Shown in pieces: positions 47,466 to 55,387 of a DNA stretch of 64,000 bases. Position numbers and translations under genes: made by a program. The notes below the pieces were generated by a model that saw nothing but the letters and a program-made list of their open reading frames with translations, searched no databases and had not been told where the DNA came from. Origin of the DNA: Candidatus Nomurabacteria bacterium (GTDB lineage: Bacteria; Patescibacteriota; Minisyncoccia; Phycocordibacterales; UBA5272). Every line of letters starts with the position of its first letter. Positions within the stretch are counted from its first letter, which is position 1. The stretch spans positions 4,156-68,155 of the forward strand of contig JBAXSC010000004.1 in the NCBI GenBank assembly GCA_037130925.1, written 5' to 3'.

Positions 47466-50423
47466 ATGTTAAGAAATCTTTTTTCTAAAAATCTCTCTCT
47501 TAAATGGTTAAAAATTTTATTTATTTTAGTGTTAGTTTTTGGTTTTGGTAATATAAAAAAGGCTGATGCTATTATTTTTATAAATCCAGGAGGAAACGTT
47601 TGGACATTTAAAGCTTGTATTAATCCTAATGGAGCAATTATTCCAGGGACAGGCGTGGTTTCTGCAACTTTATTTAATTGTGAATACAAAGTTAATCTAA
47701 ACCCTGATGACGGACATACAGATGACTATGAAATCTGGAAACAGAGCGCATCAAATAGAGCGTTAACAGAAAGTGAAGTTACAGATGCAAAAAATGATAT
47801 AACCACATATTTAGCCAATATACAAACTTCTCTTTTAAAGGACTACACAGACGTAATCAAAGACAAAGAAGCTAGTATAAATGGGGCTGTAGCTGCTAAA
47901 GACCAAACAAATGAAGATAAAGCTGCAATAACTTATGCTAATACAGTATTAGAACAAGGAAAAGACAAAATATTAGCAATAGATTTATATAGCAATATAT
48001 TTTTACCAATGGCTACAAGTAAAGATAAATATTATGAAAACGCAACCATAAACTGGACAGGAATAACACAAGACCAAGTAGAAGATACTGTTAGAATATG
48101 GAGAAGGGTATATGTATACAAAGAATTAAAAAAACTTTTAACAACAGGATCTACTACTATAGATATCACAAAAGTTAATCAAAACTTAAAAGATGCTATT
48201 AAAAAAATTAGTGACACAGCTTATTCTGGAGGATCTTGGAATCTTTCTAAAGCTGAAAGACAACTAGAAAGCGGTGAAATAAATCCTCCAGACAAATATA
48301 ATGCTTATGGAGCAGCAAACTATAGCGGGAATTTATTTCTTTTCGGAGAAAGAGAAAAAAATACAGTAGCAACATCTACACCTTCTACTCCTACCACCAA
48401 CAAAATTCAAGATGGTAAAACATCTTGCACAACTGATGTTTTTTGGGCAATGACAGGAGATACAATAATGAATCAATCAAGTTGTTCCGTCACTGCATAT
48501 TTAACCAACAGTATTCTAAAAGGAATAGCTCAACTTTTTGGTATTGTGTTAGGATGGATGGGGGCTTTATTTGGCTGGGTTTTTGATATGAGTGTAATGC
48601 ATTTTCATGAATGGATTGATAACTCTGGAGCTATTACTATCTATAAAACTGTAATTTTAGCATTCATTACATCATTGATTTTGCCTTTAGTTTTTTATTT
48701 GGTTATTAGAATGCTGATTGATGGAGATAGCACAAATATGGAAAAGATTCTTCCTAAAGTTTTATTGACCGCACTGTTTGTATATTTCTCATTTGGAATA
48801 ACTGGATGGCTAGTAGACCAATCAAATATAATAACCATTTACATTTATAGATCAATAAGCACTTCAGGAGGATCGCAAAATTTAGGAGACGCAATGACTG
48901 GCACCTTAGGATTAAGTGCTGCAAGTACTCACAAATTAGAAAACATAAAATATTTAGGAGACTGGTCAACTGTACCATTCACATTTGGACAAATAGCAAT
49001 AAATGCTATGGGTTTGTATATTTTATTTCAAGCAATGATTATATTTTTTGTGAGAAGTGTAGTACTACTTTTATGTTTAATATTTTCACCATTAATGGTA
49101 CTTCCGGACTTTAACTTAAGTGGAGGGAAAGGGGAACTGGGAAAAATAGAATCATTCTTATCAGAATGGAGAGGTAAATTAATAACATATTTCTCAAATA
49201 ATTTATTACTTGCTCCAGTATTCATGTTCTTGATGATGATAGCAATACAGATAGGGGGAGCTTCAGGAAAATTAATAAAATCTACTCCTGCTTTAGATGC
49301 TGTGACTCCCGGTAATCCATCTTTTCTTTCAGGTTTGATAACTACTATTATAGTAATAGCTGTCATGCAAGTAGCAATAACAGTAGCACAAAACCTGAGT
49401 GGAGACCTTGGTAAGGCAGTAGGTGCAAAAGTGTCTAGCTTTGTAGGAGGCGTCACAAGTGGAGCGGGTGGTGTGATAAAAAGAAGAATGTCTGGCGCAA
49501 TACAAAACAGTAAAATGATGAATAAGGATACTGGATGGATGAAGCAAGGAGGTGTGGCACATAAAAAAATGACACAATTATTAAATGGAAAAAGTTTTAA
49601 TGATAAAGATTATCATAATTCACTTAGCGATATGGGAAAAGAAAAACATTTAGATAATCTTTCTAAGTATGGAAAAGGAATGACAGCTACAAAATTAAAA
49701 GGAAAACCAGCACCTATACCAGTAAACAATCCTACTCCAGCCCCAGCTTCTATTTCTGAAAACCTTATCTCTGCAAAAGTTACAGAACAAATAAATCCGG
49801 GATCAATAAGAAGTAAAACATCAAACAATAGTGATTTTAGAAAAACATTAATAGGAAATGAAAGAGGGGCAGAAAAATTCAAAGCTGCAAGTGATATTGA
49901 AAAAATAAATATAGTAAAAGCTTATCATGCAGCTCAAGCAGAAAAAGAAAAAAAAGAAAAAGAGGAAAAGACAAAAGGAAATCCTATACCAACTAAACTA
50001 ACTCAAGACGATCGATTGGATATGGAAAAAAAGAGAGATGAACTTAAGAAAAAATTTGGCACTAGTGAAAGAGTGGAAAATGGACAAATTGTAAAAGAAG
50101 ATAACCCTTTATTGTTAGACCAAAGAAAACAAGAATTAAAATCTAAACAAGAAAACATAGCAAAACAGCAACAAAAACAACAAGAAAATGATTATCAAGA
50201 TAAATCTGTAGCAGAATCACAGGCAAGACAAAATCAGAATAATAAATCACCAGATGATGACGGAGGTGGTGACAGACCTTCTGGTGGAGCTTCTCAAACA
50301 AATCAAAATAGTAATTATAGAGTAGAAGATGGAGGAGAAATAATTAGTATGAACAAAAAAAGAATGGAAGAAATTTATGACAAGAATCACCCCATTGAAC
50401 CAGGTGAAAAAAAAGTAGCTTAA
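47466..50423 (+). CDS. T4SS-like cluster gene 3: giant polytopic membrane protein, VirB6/TrbL-like (putative channel)
   Basis: 985 aa. A signal peptide and a ~330-aa ectodomain are followed by about 7-8 TM helices (aa ~340-660) and a ~300-aa Lys/Glu/Gln-rich tail. Confidence 0.55.
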   Translation: MLRNLFSKNLSLKWLKILFILVLVFGFGNIKKADAIIFINPGGNVWTFKACINPNGAIIPGTGVVSATLFNCEYKVNLNPDDGHTDDYEIWKQSASNRALTESEVTDAKNDITTYLANIQTSLLKDYTDVIKDKEASINGAVAAKDQTNEDKAAITYANTVLEQGKDKILAIDLYSNIFLPMATSKDKYYENATINWTGITQDQVEDTVRIWRRVYVYKELKKLLTTGSTTIDITKVNQNLKDAIKKISDTAYSGGSWNLSKAERQLESGEINPPDKYNAYGAANYSGNLFLFGEREKNTVATSTPSTPTTNKIQDGKTSCTTDVFWAMTGDTIMNQSSCSVTAYLTNSILKGIAQLFGIVLGWMGALFGWVFDMSVMHFHEWIDNSGAITIYKTVILAFITSLILPLVFYLVIRMLIDGDSTNMEKILPKVLLTALFVYFSFGITGWLVDQSNIITIYIYRSISTSGGSQNLGDAMTGTLGLSAASTHKLENIKYLGDWSTVPFTFGQIAINAMGLYILFQAMIIFFVRSVVLLLCLIFSPLMVLPDFNLSGGKGELGKIESFLSEWRGKLITYFSNNLLLAPVFMFLMMIAIQIGGASGKLIKSTPALDAVTPGNPSFLSGLITTIIVIAVMQVAITVAQNLSGDLGKAVGAKVSSFVGGVTSGAGGVIKRRMSGAIQNSKMMNKDTGWMKQGGVAHKKMTQLLNGKSFNDKDYHNSLSDMGKEKHLDNLSKYGKGMTATKLKGKPAPIPVNNPTPAPASISENLISAKVTEQINPGSIRSKTSNNSDFRKTLIGNERGAEKFKAASDIEKINIVKAYHAAQAEKEKKEKEEKTKGNPIPTKLTQDDRLDMEKKRDELKKKFGTSERVENGQIVKEDNPLLLDQRKQELKSKQENIAKQQQKQQENDYQDKSVAESQARQNQNNKSPDDDGGGDRPSGGASQTNQNSNYRVEDGGEIISMNKKRMEEIYDKNHPIEPGEKKVA

Positions 50424-50509
50424 AAAATAGAAATCTTTATATATTAATTTATATAAAGATTTTTATTTTGTGTTAAAATATATTCAACAAAGTAAAATCT
50501 TTAAAGATT

Positions 50510-51577
50510 ATGCAAAATGATACTAACCCAATTTTAAACACAGAAGAAAATAATACTGAAGAAGTAAATCATTCTGATTATGAGTTTCTTAATGGAAAAA
50601 ACTCAACACAATCTGGCAGTGAAGCTGTGACAGATAAATTTGATATGGCTTTTAGTAAATCTTCAAAAGCTATACAAGACTATATTTTAAGTGAAAAATT
50701 TGAAGAAAATATAAGACTTATTTGTAAAATAGAAAAATTGGATGAAGATAAATCTAATATAATAATAGAAAATATTGCTGTTGCTATTTTAGTTGGATTA
50801 TTACCAATAACAGAAGCAAAAACTACTCTTATTGAAAGTTTTAAAACAAGTGGCATTTTAATTGAAGATTTTACAGCGGGGATGGTTTTAAAAAATATTG
50901 ATGCGTATATATTATCTGATATTAGAAAACAAATTATTCAAAGTAAAACTGAATCAAATAAAGAAATAAGACATTTAACATTAAGAGAAAGTACAGAGGA
51001 AACAGAAAAAGAAGAATTAAGAAAAATACTTTTAGAAAAAACAGGAAATATTACCGGAAAAGGCGAGGTTTTTGTACAATATAAAGATAGAGATAATAAT
51101 ATAAAAAAAGAACCAGAGATAAATAATAATCAAAAAATAAATAGAGATTCTTTACTAGAAACAATGAACTTAAAAAACATTTCTAATACAGATAAAATCA
51201 AAGAAAGAATGGCTCAGATAAAAAAAGAAGAAGAAGAAAGAATAGGGAAACTCAATGAAGAACAAAAAGAAAAACGAGATATCTATGAAGAAAGAGAGAG
51301 AAATACAAATAATGGAATTAAAGAAGAAATAAATACTGAAAATACAGAAGAAAATAATGAAGATAATAGTAAAGAAATAAGTAAAATATTTGCAAAAACT
51401 TTAGAAGAAAAAATTTCAGAAGAAGAAAATAAAAAAGACTCAGATATTTTAAAACAAGAAAGAGAAAGACAAAATAGTCTTGTTAAATCACAAAACCCAA
51501 ATTATTACGCAAAAGAAATAGAAAATAATTCATCTGATACTCCTGTTGCTTTTGATCCTTATAGAGAAAGTATTTAG
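50510..51577 (+). CDS. T4SS-like cluster gene 4: acidic/charged protein, unknown function
   Basis: 355-aa ORF with one hydrophobic segment (IAVAILVGLLPI). A TGtTAAAAT motif lies at 50471-50479. Confidence 0.45.
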   Translation: MQNDTNPILNTEENNTEEVNHSDYEFLNGKNSTQSGSEAVTDKFDMAFSKSSKAIQDYILSEKFEENIRLICKIEKLDEDKSNIIIENIAVAILVGLLPITEAKTTLIESFKTSGILIEDFTAGMVLKNIDAYILSDIRKQIIQSKTESNKEIRHLTLRESTEETEKEELRKILLEKTGNITGKGEVFVQYKDRDNNIKKEPEINNNQKINRDSLLETMNLKNISNTDKIKERMAQIKKEEEERIGKLNEEQKEKRDIYEERERNTNNGIKEEINTENTEENNEDNSKEISKIFAKTLEEKISEEENKKDSDILKQERERQNSLVKSQNPNYYAKEIENNSSDTPVAFDPYRESI

Positions 51578-51582
51578 CTTTG

Positions 51583-51591
51583 TGTTAAAAT
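51583..51591 (+). promoter_or_regulatory. Extended -10 (TGtTAAAAT) placed 6 nt before the ATG (leaderless geometry)
   Basis: Hexamer at 51586-51591, ATG at 51598. Confidence 0.55.
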
Positions 51592-51597
51592 ATAAAC

Positions 51598-52083
51598 ATG
51601 CAATTTAGAATTCCTCAATTTTTAGATATTGAAGACAGGGTTTTTGGACCTTTTACTTTTAAACAGTTTGGATATATACTCGGCGCTGCCGGATTTGCAT
51701 ATATCTTCTGGAAATTAATACCAAATGCAATTTTATCCATACTTTTTATACTTATATTTTCTGGCACTTTCTTAGCTTTAGCTTTTGTAAAAATAAATAC
51801 CAGACCTTTTGCTGATGTGCTAGAATCTGCATATAAATATGCACTAGGAAACAAAACTTTTGTTTGGCAAAAAACTGAAATAAAAAAAGAAGAAGTTTCT
51901 GCGCAAACACTAAGACAGCTAGAACTACAAAAACAAATTGACACAAAAAAGGATCAAGAAAAAATTATCACTCCAGATAAAATTAGAGAACTTGCAGGAA
52001 AATTAGATATTCTTGAAGAAAAAAAAGAAACTTTAAATTTAAGACAACAAATTTTAAAAAAATCAGGAAAATATCAAATATAG
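51598..52083 (+). CDS. PrgI-family (VirB3-like) small membrane protein
   Basis: MQFRIPQFLDIEDRVFGPFTFKQFGYILGAAGFAYIFWKL plus a second TM helix. The architecture and N-terminal motif are as in the PrgI family of Gram-positive T4SS. Confidence 0.6.
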   Translation: MQFRIPQFLDIEDRVFGPFTFKQFGYILGAAGFAYIFWKLIPNAILSILFILIFSGTFLALAFVKINTRPFADVLESAYKYALGNKTFVWQKTEIKKEEVSAQTLRQLELQKQIDTKKDQEKIITPDKIRELAGKLDILEEKKETLNLRQQILKKSGKYQI

Positions 52084-52117
52084 TTTTTAAAAATTTTATT
52101 TTTGATTAAAAATTAAA

Positions 52118-52126
52118 TGCTATAAT
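52118..52126 (+). promoter_or_regulatory. Extended -10 (TGcTATAAT) placed 7 nt before the ATG
   Basis: Hexamer at 52121-52126, ATG at 52134. Confidence 0.55.
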
Positions 52127-52133
52127 ATTTAAT

Positions 52134-52730
52134 ATGATTATCAAAAATGCAACTCAAAGCTTTGTACCGATAAACGAAATACGAAATGGTATCGTAATAC
52201 TAAATGATGGTAGTATGAGAGCCTTAATTTCTTGCAGTTCTCTTAATCTTTCACTTAAAGGAGAAGATGAGCAAATGGGTATTATTACGGGATTCCAGAG
52301 TTTTTTAAATTCTTTAGATTTTAATATTCAAATTTTCTTACAATCTACAAAATTAGATATTAGAGGATACTTGGAACTTTTAAAAGAAAGACAAAAATTA
52401 GTAGAGGAAGATTTGTTAAAAATTCAGATAAAAGAATATATAGAATTTATTCAAAAATTCACAGAAGAACAAAATATAATGACAAAAAGTTTTTATATTG
52501 TAGTACCTTATGAAGTACCTTCTCTTTCGAGTTCAGCAAAAACAATGACTGAAGGTGAGTTCATGAAAAATGAAAGCCAATTATTACAAAGAGTTTCTAT
52601 TGTTACAGGAGGACTAACTTCTTTAGGTTTAAAGCTGGAACTTGTCAAAACAGAAGAGGTTGTAAACTTATTTTATAAATTATTTAATCCAAATGAATTG
52701 GATACACCTGTTTTAAATTCTAATCAATAA
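52134..52730 (+). CDS. VirB4-family N-terminal segment encoded as a separate ORF
   Basis: FVPINEIRNGIVILNDGSMRALISCSSLNLSLKGEDEQMGIITGFQSFLNSLDFNIQIFLQS resembles the extreme N-terminus of Gram-positive VirB4 homologues (the ...INF.L.S..EQ...F..FL....Q pattern). The ORF ends in TAA 4 nt before the ATPase ORF. Confidence 0.5.
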   Translation: MIIKNATQSFVPINEIRNGIVILNDGSMRALISCSSLNLSLKGEDEQMGIITGFQSFLNSLDFNIQIFLQSTKLDIRGYLELLKERQKLVEEDLLKIQIKEYIEFIQKFTEEQNIMTKSFYIVVPYEVPSLSSSAKTMTEGEFMKNESQLLQRVSIVTGGLTSLGLKLELVKTEEVVNLFYKLFNPNELDTPVLNSNQ

Positions 52731-52734
52731 AATT

Positions 52735-54558
52735 ATGGGATTACTAGATATTTTTGGAGGAAACAATGCAAATAATAAAAAAGATCTTTCAAATGAAGAG
52801 ATTTATAATCAAGCAAGTATTGAGCTTAAAAATATCATTGCTCCATCAGGCTTAAAAATCGAATCACAAGAAATAAATCTTTCAGGAAAAATTGCAAAGA
52901 GTTTTTTTGTAACATCTTATCCTAGATATTTAGATGATTCTTGGCTTGCTCCAATTATTAATTTAGATAAAATTTTTAATGTTTCAATACACATAACTCC
53001 ACTTTCAACAGCTGAGGAAATGAAAAAATTTCAAAAGAAAGTTGCTGAAGTTGAAAGTCAAATTTTTGAAAAACAAGAAAAAGGAGAAGTTCGCGACCCT
53101 ATGCTTGAGACAGCTCTACAAGATCTAGAAGATCTTCGTGACTCATTACAGCAAGCTAGTGAAAAAATGTTTGATGTAGCTCTCTATGTGACAATCTATG
53201 GTGATACAGAAGATGAAATTAAAAAAACAGAAAATCAAATAAAAAATATTTTAGAAAGTAAACTTATTTATTTTAAACCAGCACTATTCCAACAAGCAGA
53301 AGCATTAAGAACAGTATTTCCTTTTGGAACAGATCAATTAAAAATTACGAATTCTTTAAATACTTCTCCGCTTTCATCTTTCTTTCCTTTTGTTTCTTTT
53401 GATCTCTCTACAGACAAAGGTATTTTATATGGACTAAATAGACACAACGGCTCTTTAGTCTTATTTGATAGATTTTCTCTAGAAAATTACAACAGTATGG
53501 TCTTTGCGACTTCCGGATCTGGAAAATCTTATTATACAAAGTTAGAAATTTTACGTACTTTAATGTTTGATACTAATGTAATTATTATTGACCCAGAAAA
53601 AGAATACGAATACTTAGCAGAATCAGTAGGAGGAAGATACTTTGATATTTCATTAAATTCAAATCACCATATTAACCCTTTTGATCTTACACCTCCCGGA
53701 CCAGACGAATCTATTGGTGAAGTTTTAAGAAGTAATATCGTTAGTCTTGTAGGGCTTGTAAGAGTGATGCTAGGAGGACTTTCCCCAGAAGAGGACTCAA
53801 TAGTTGATAGAGCCCTAACAGAAACTTATGCAATAAAAGATATCACAGAAGAAACAGAAACTTTAGAAGGATTAGAATTCCCAATACTTTCAGATTTTGC
53901 AGAAGTTATTTCTGGTATTGAAGGATCAGAAAGTATTACACAAAGACTTTCAAAATATACAGATGGTATTTGGTCTGGATTTATTGGCAAACCGTCAAAT
54001 GTTGATATAAATAAGAAATTAATATGTTTTTCTATTCGTGACATGGAGGATGAATTAAAACCAGTTGCAATGTATATTATTACGCACTTTATCTGGAATG
54101 AAGTTAGAAAAAAATTAAAAAAGAGACTCTTAATTATCGACGAAGCATGGATAATGATGAAAAATGAAGATACTGCATCTTTCTTATTTGGTCTCGCAAA
54201 AAGAGGAAGAAAATATTATTTAGGATTAGCAACTATTTCTCAAGACGTTGGAGACTTCTTACGCTCACCATTTGGACTTCCGATTATTACAAACTCTAGT
54301 ATGCAATTGTTATTAAAACAATCTCCATCAAGTATTGATCTTGTCCAAAAAACATTTAATCTAACAGATGAGGAAAAATATTTATTATTAGAATCTGGAG
54401 TAGGTGAAGGAATATTCTTTGCTGGACAAAAACACGTCGCTATAAAAGTTATCGCCTCATATGTAGAAGATCAAATAGTAAGTACAAATCCTGCTCAATT
54501 ATTAGAAAGAAAAAAGAAAGAAGAAGAAAGCCGAAAACTGTCAGAAGAAGGAAAATAA
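52735..54558 (+). CDS. virB4: VirB4/TraC-family type IV secretion ATPase
   Basis: Walker A FATSGSGKSYY and Walker B LLIIDEAW, followed by RGRKYYLGLATISQ. An upstream YPRYLDDSWL segment is typical of the VirB4 N-domain. Confidence 0.85.
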   Translation: MGLLDIFGGNNANNKKDLSNEEIYNQASIELKNIIAPSGLKIESQEINLSGKIAKSFFVTSYPRYLDDSWLAPIINLDKIFNVSIHITPLSTAEEMKKFQKKVAEVESQIFEKQEKGEVRDPMLETALQDLEDLRDSLQQASEKMFDVALYVTIYGDTEDEIKKTENQIKNILESKLIYFKPALFQQAEALRTVFPFGTDQLKITNSLNTSPLSSFFPFVSFDLSTDKGILYGLNRHNGSLVLFDRFSLENYNSMVFATSGSGKSYYTKLEILRTLMFDTNVIIIDPEKEYEYLAESVGGRYFDISLNSNHHINPFDLTPPGPDESIGEVLRSNIVSLVGLVRVMLGGLSPEEDSIVDRALTETYAIKDITEETETLEGLEFPILSDFAEVISGIEGSESITQRLSKYTDGIWSGFIGKPSNVDINKKLICFSIRDMEDELKPVAMYIITHFIWNEVRKKLKKRLLIIDEAWIMMKNEDTASFLFGLAKRGRKYYLGLATISQDVGDFLRSPFGLPIITNSSMQLLLKQSPSSIDLVQKTFNLTDEEKYLLLESGVGEGIFFAGQKHVAIKVIASYVEDQIVSTNPAQLLERKKKEEESRKLSEEGK

Positions 54559-54567
54559 TAAATTGTT

Positions 54568-54576
54568 TGTTATAAT
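54568..54576 (+). promoter_or_regulatory. Perfect extended -10 (TGtTATAAT) placed 6 nt before the ATG (leaderless geometry)
   Basis: Hexamer at 54571-54576, ATG at 54583. Confidence 0.6.
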
Positions 54577-54582
54577 ATAGAA

Positions 54583-55365
54583 ATGAAAAAAAATCTCAAT
54601 AGATATATCATTTCTATATTTTTTATTTGTTTATTTTTTATTTTTGTAAACAAAACTTTCTCTCAATCTGATACTTCTAATGCTGATATTAATATAAACT
54701 GGCAAACTATAGATAGTTATACACCTTCACTATATGAAGGTAGAGCATTACCAGGTGAAGAATCTTATATAAAAGCTGTAGCTGAAGTAAAAATATCAAC
54801 TCCCGCCGGAGATTTAGATTCTTCAAAACTTTTTTATTCTTGGACATACAATGGAAAAATTGTATACAATTACTCTGTAACTAACGGAAAAATTATATAC
54901 TTTACTCTTGATAGTTTAAAAAATACAGATACTTTGGATTTAAAAATTTATTCAGACAACTCACAAGATAATCTTTTAGGTGAAAAAAGTATTACAATAA
55001 CACCTTATTCTTCTGTTATTCCTTTATATAAACAAAATGATAATCCTATATTAACTTATTCAAATGTTATAAATAAAAGATACGAAACATATAATGTTAA
55101 CACTGGCGATCTATTTAACATTCTAGCAGAGCCTTTTTATTTTTCAATTTCAAACCCTACAGATCTAGACCTTTCCTATGAATGGAAACTTGACAACATT
55201 TTAGCAACTAATAGTTTTACAAATATTTTCAATTATTCATCTCCAAATACAATTGGACAAAATTCTGGAATTTCTCTTAAAATAACAAATCAAAATTCAA
55301 ATAAAAATCTACAAGAAGGAAATACTCTAGTAAATTTCAATGTTATACAATTAAAAAGTAAATAG
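54583..55365 (+). CDS. T4SS-like cluster gene 8: secreted/anchored protein, unknown function
   Basis: Signal/anchor IISIFFICLFFIFVNKTFSQ. 260 aa, with a beta-rich look. Confidence 0.45.
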   Translation: MKKNLNRYIISIFFICLFFIFVNKTFSQSDTSNADININWQTIDSYTPSLYEGRALPGEESYIKAVAEVKISTPAGDLDSSKLFYSWTYNGKIVYNYSVTNGKIIYFTLDSLKNTDTLDLKIYSDNSQDNLLGEKSITITPYSSVIPLYKQNDNPILTYSNVINKRYETYNVNTGDLFNILAEPFYFSISNPTDLDLSYEWKLDNILATNSFTNIFNYSSPNTIGQNSGISLKITNQNSNKNLQEGNTLVNFNVIQLKSK

Positions 55366-55372
55366 TATTTTG

Positions 55373-55381
55373 TGTTAAAAT
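55373..55381 (+). promoter_or_regulatory. Extended -10 (TGtTAAAAT) placed 6 nt before the ATG (leaderless geometry)
   Basis: Hexamer at 55376-55381, ATG at 55388. The string TGTGTTAAAATAT also occurs at 50469-50481 and 51581-51593. Confidence 0.55.
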
Positions 55382-55387
55382 ATTTAA

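Noticed and set aside
47426-47689. Track ORF 47426-47689 (-)
   Set aside because: It spans a terminator hairpin, a promoter and the signal-peptide region of the VirB6-like gene on the opposite strand, so it is spurious.
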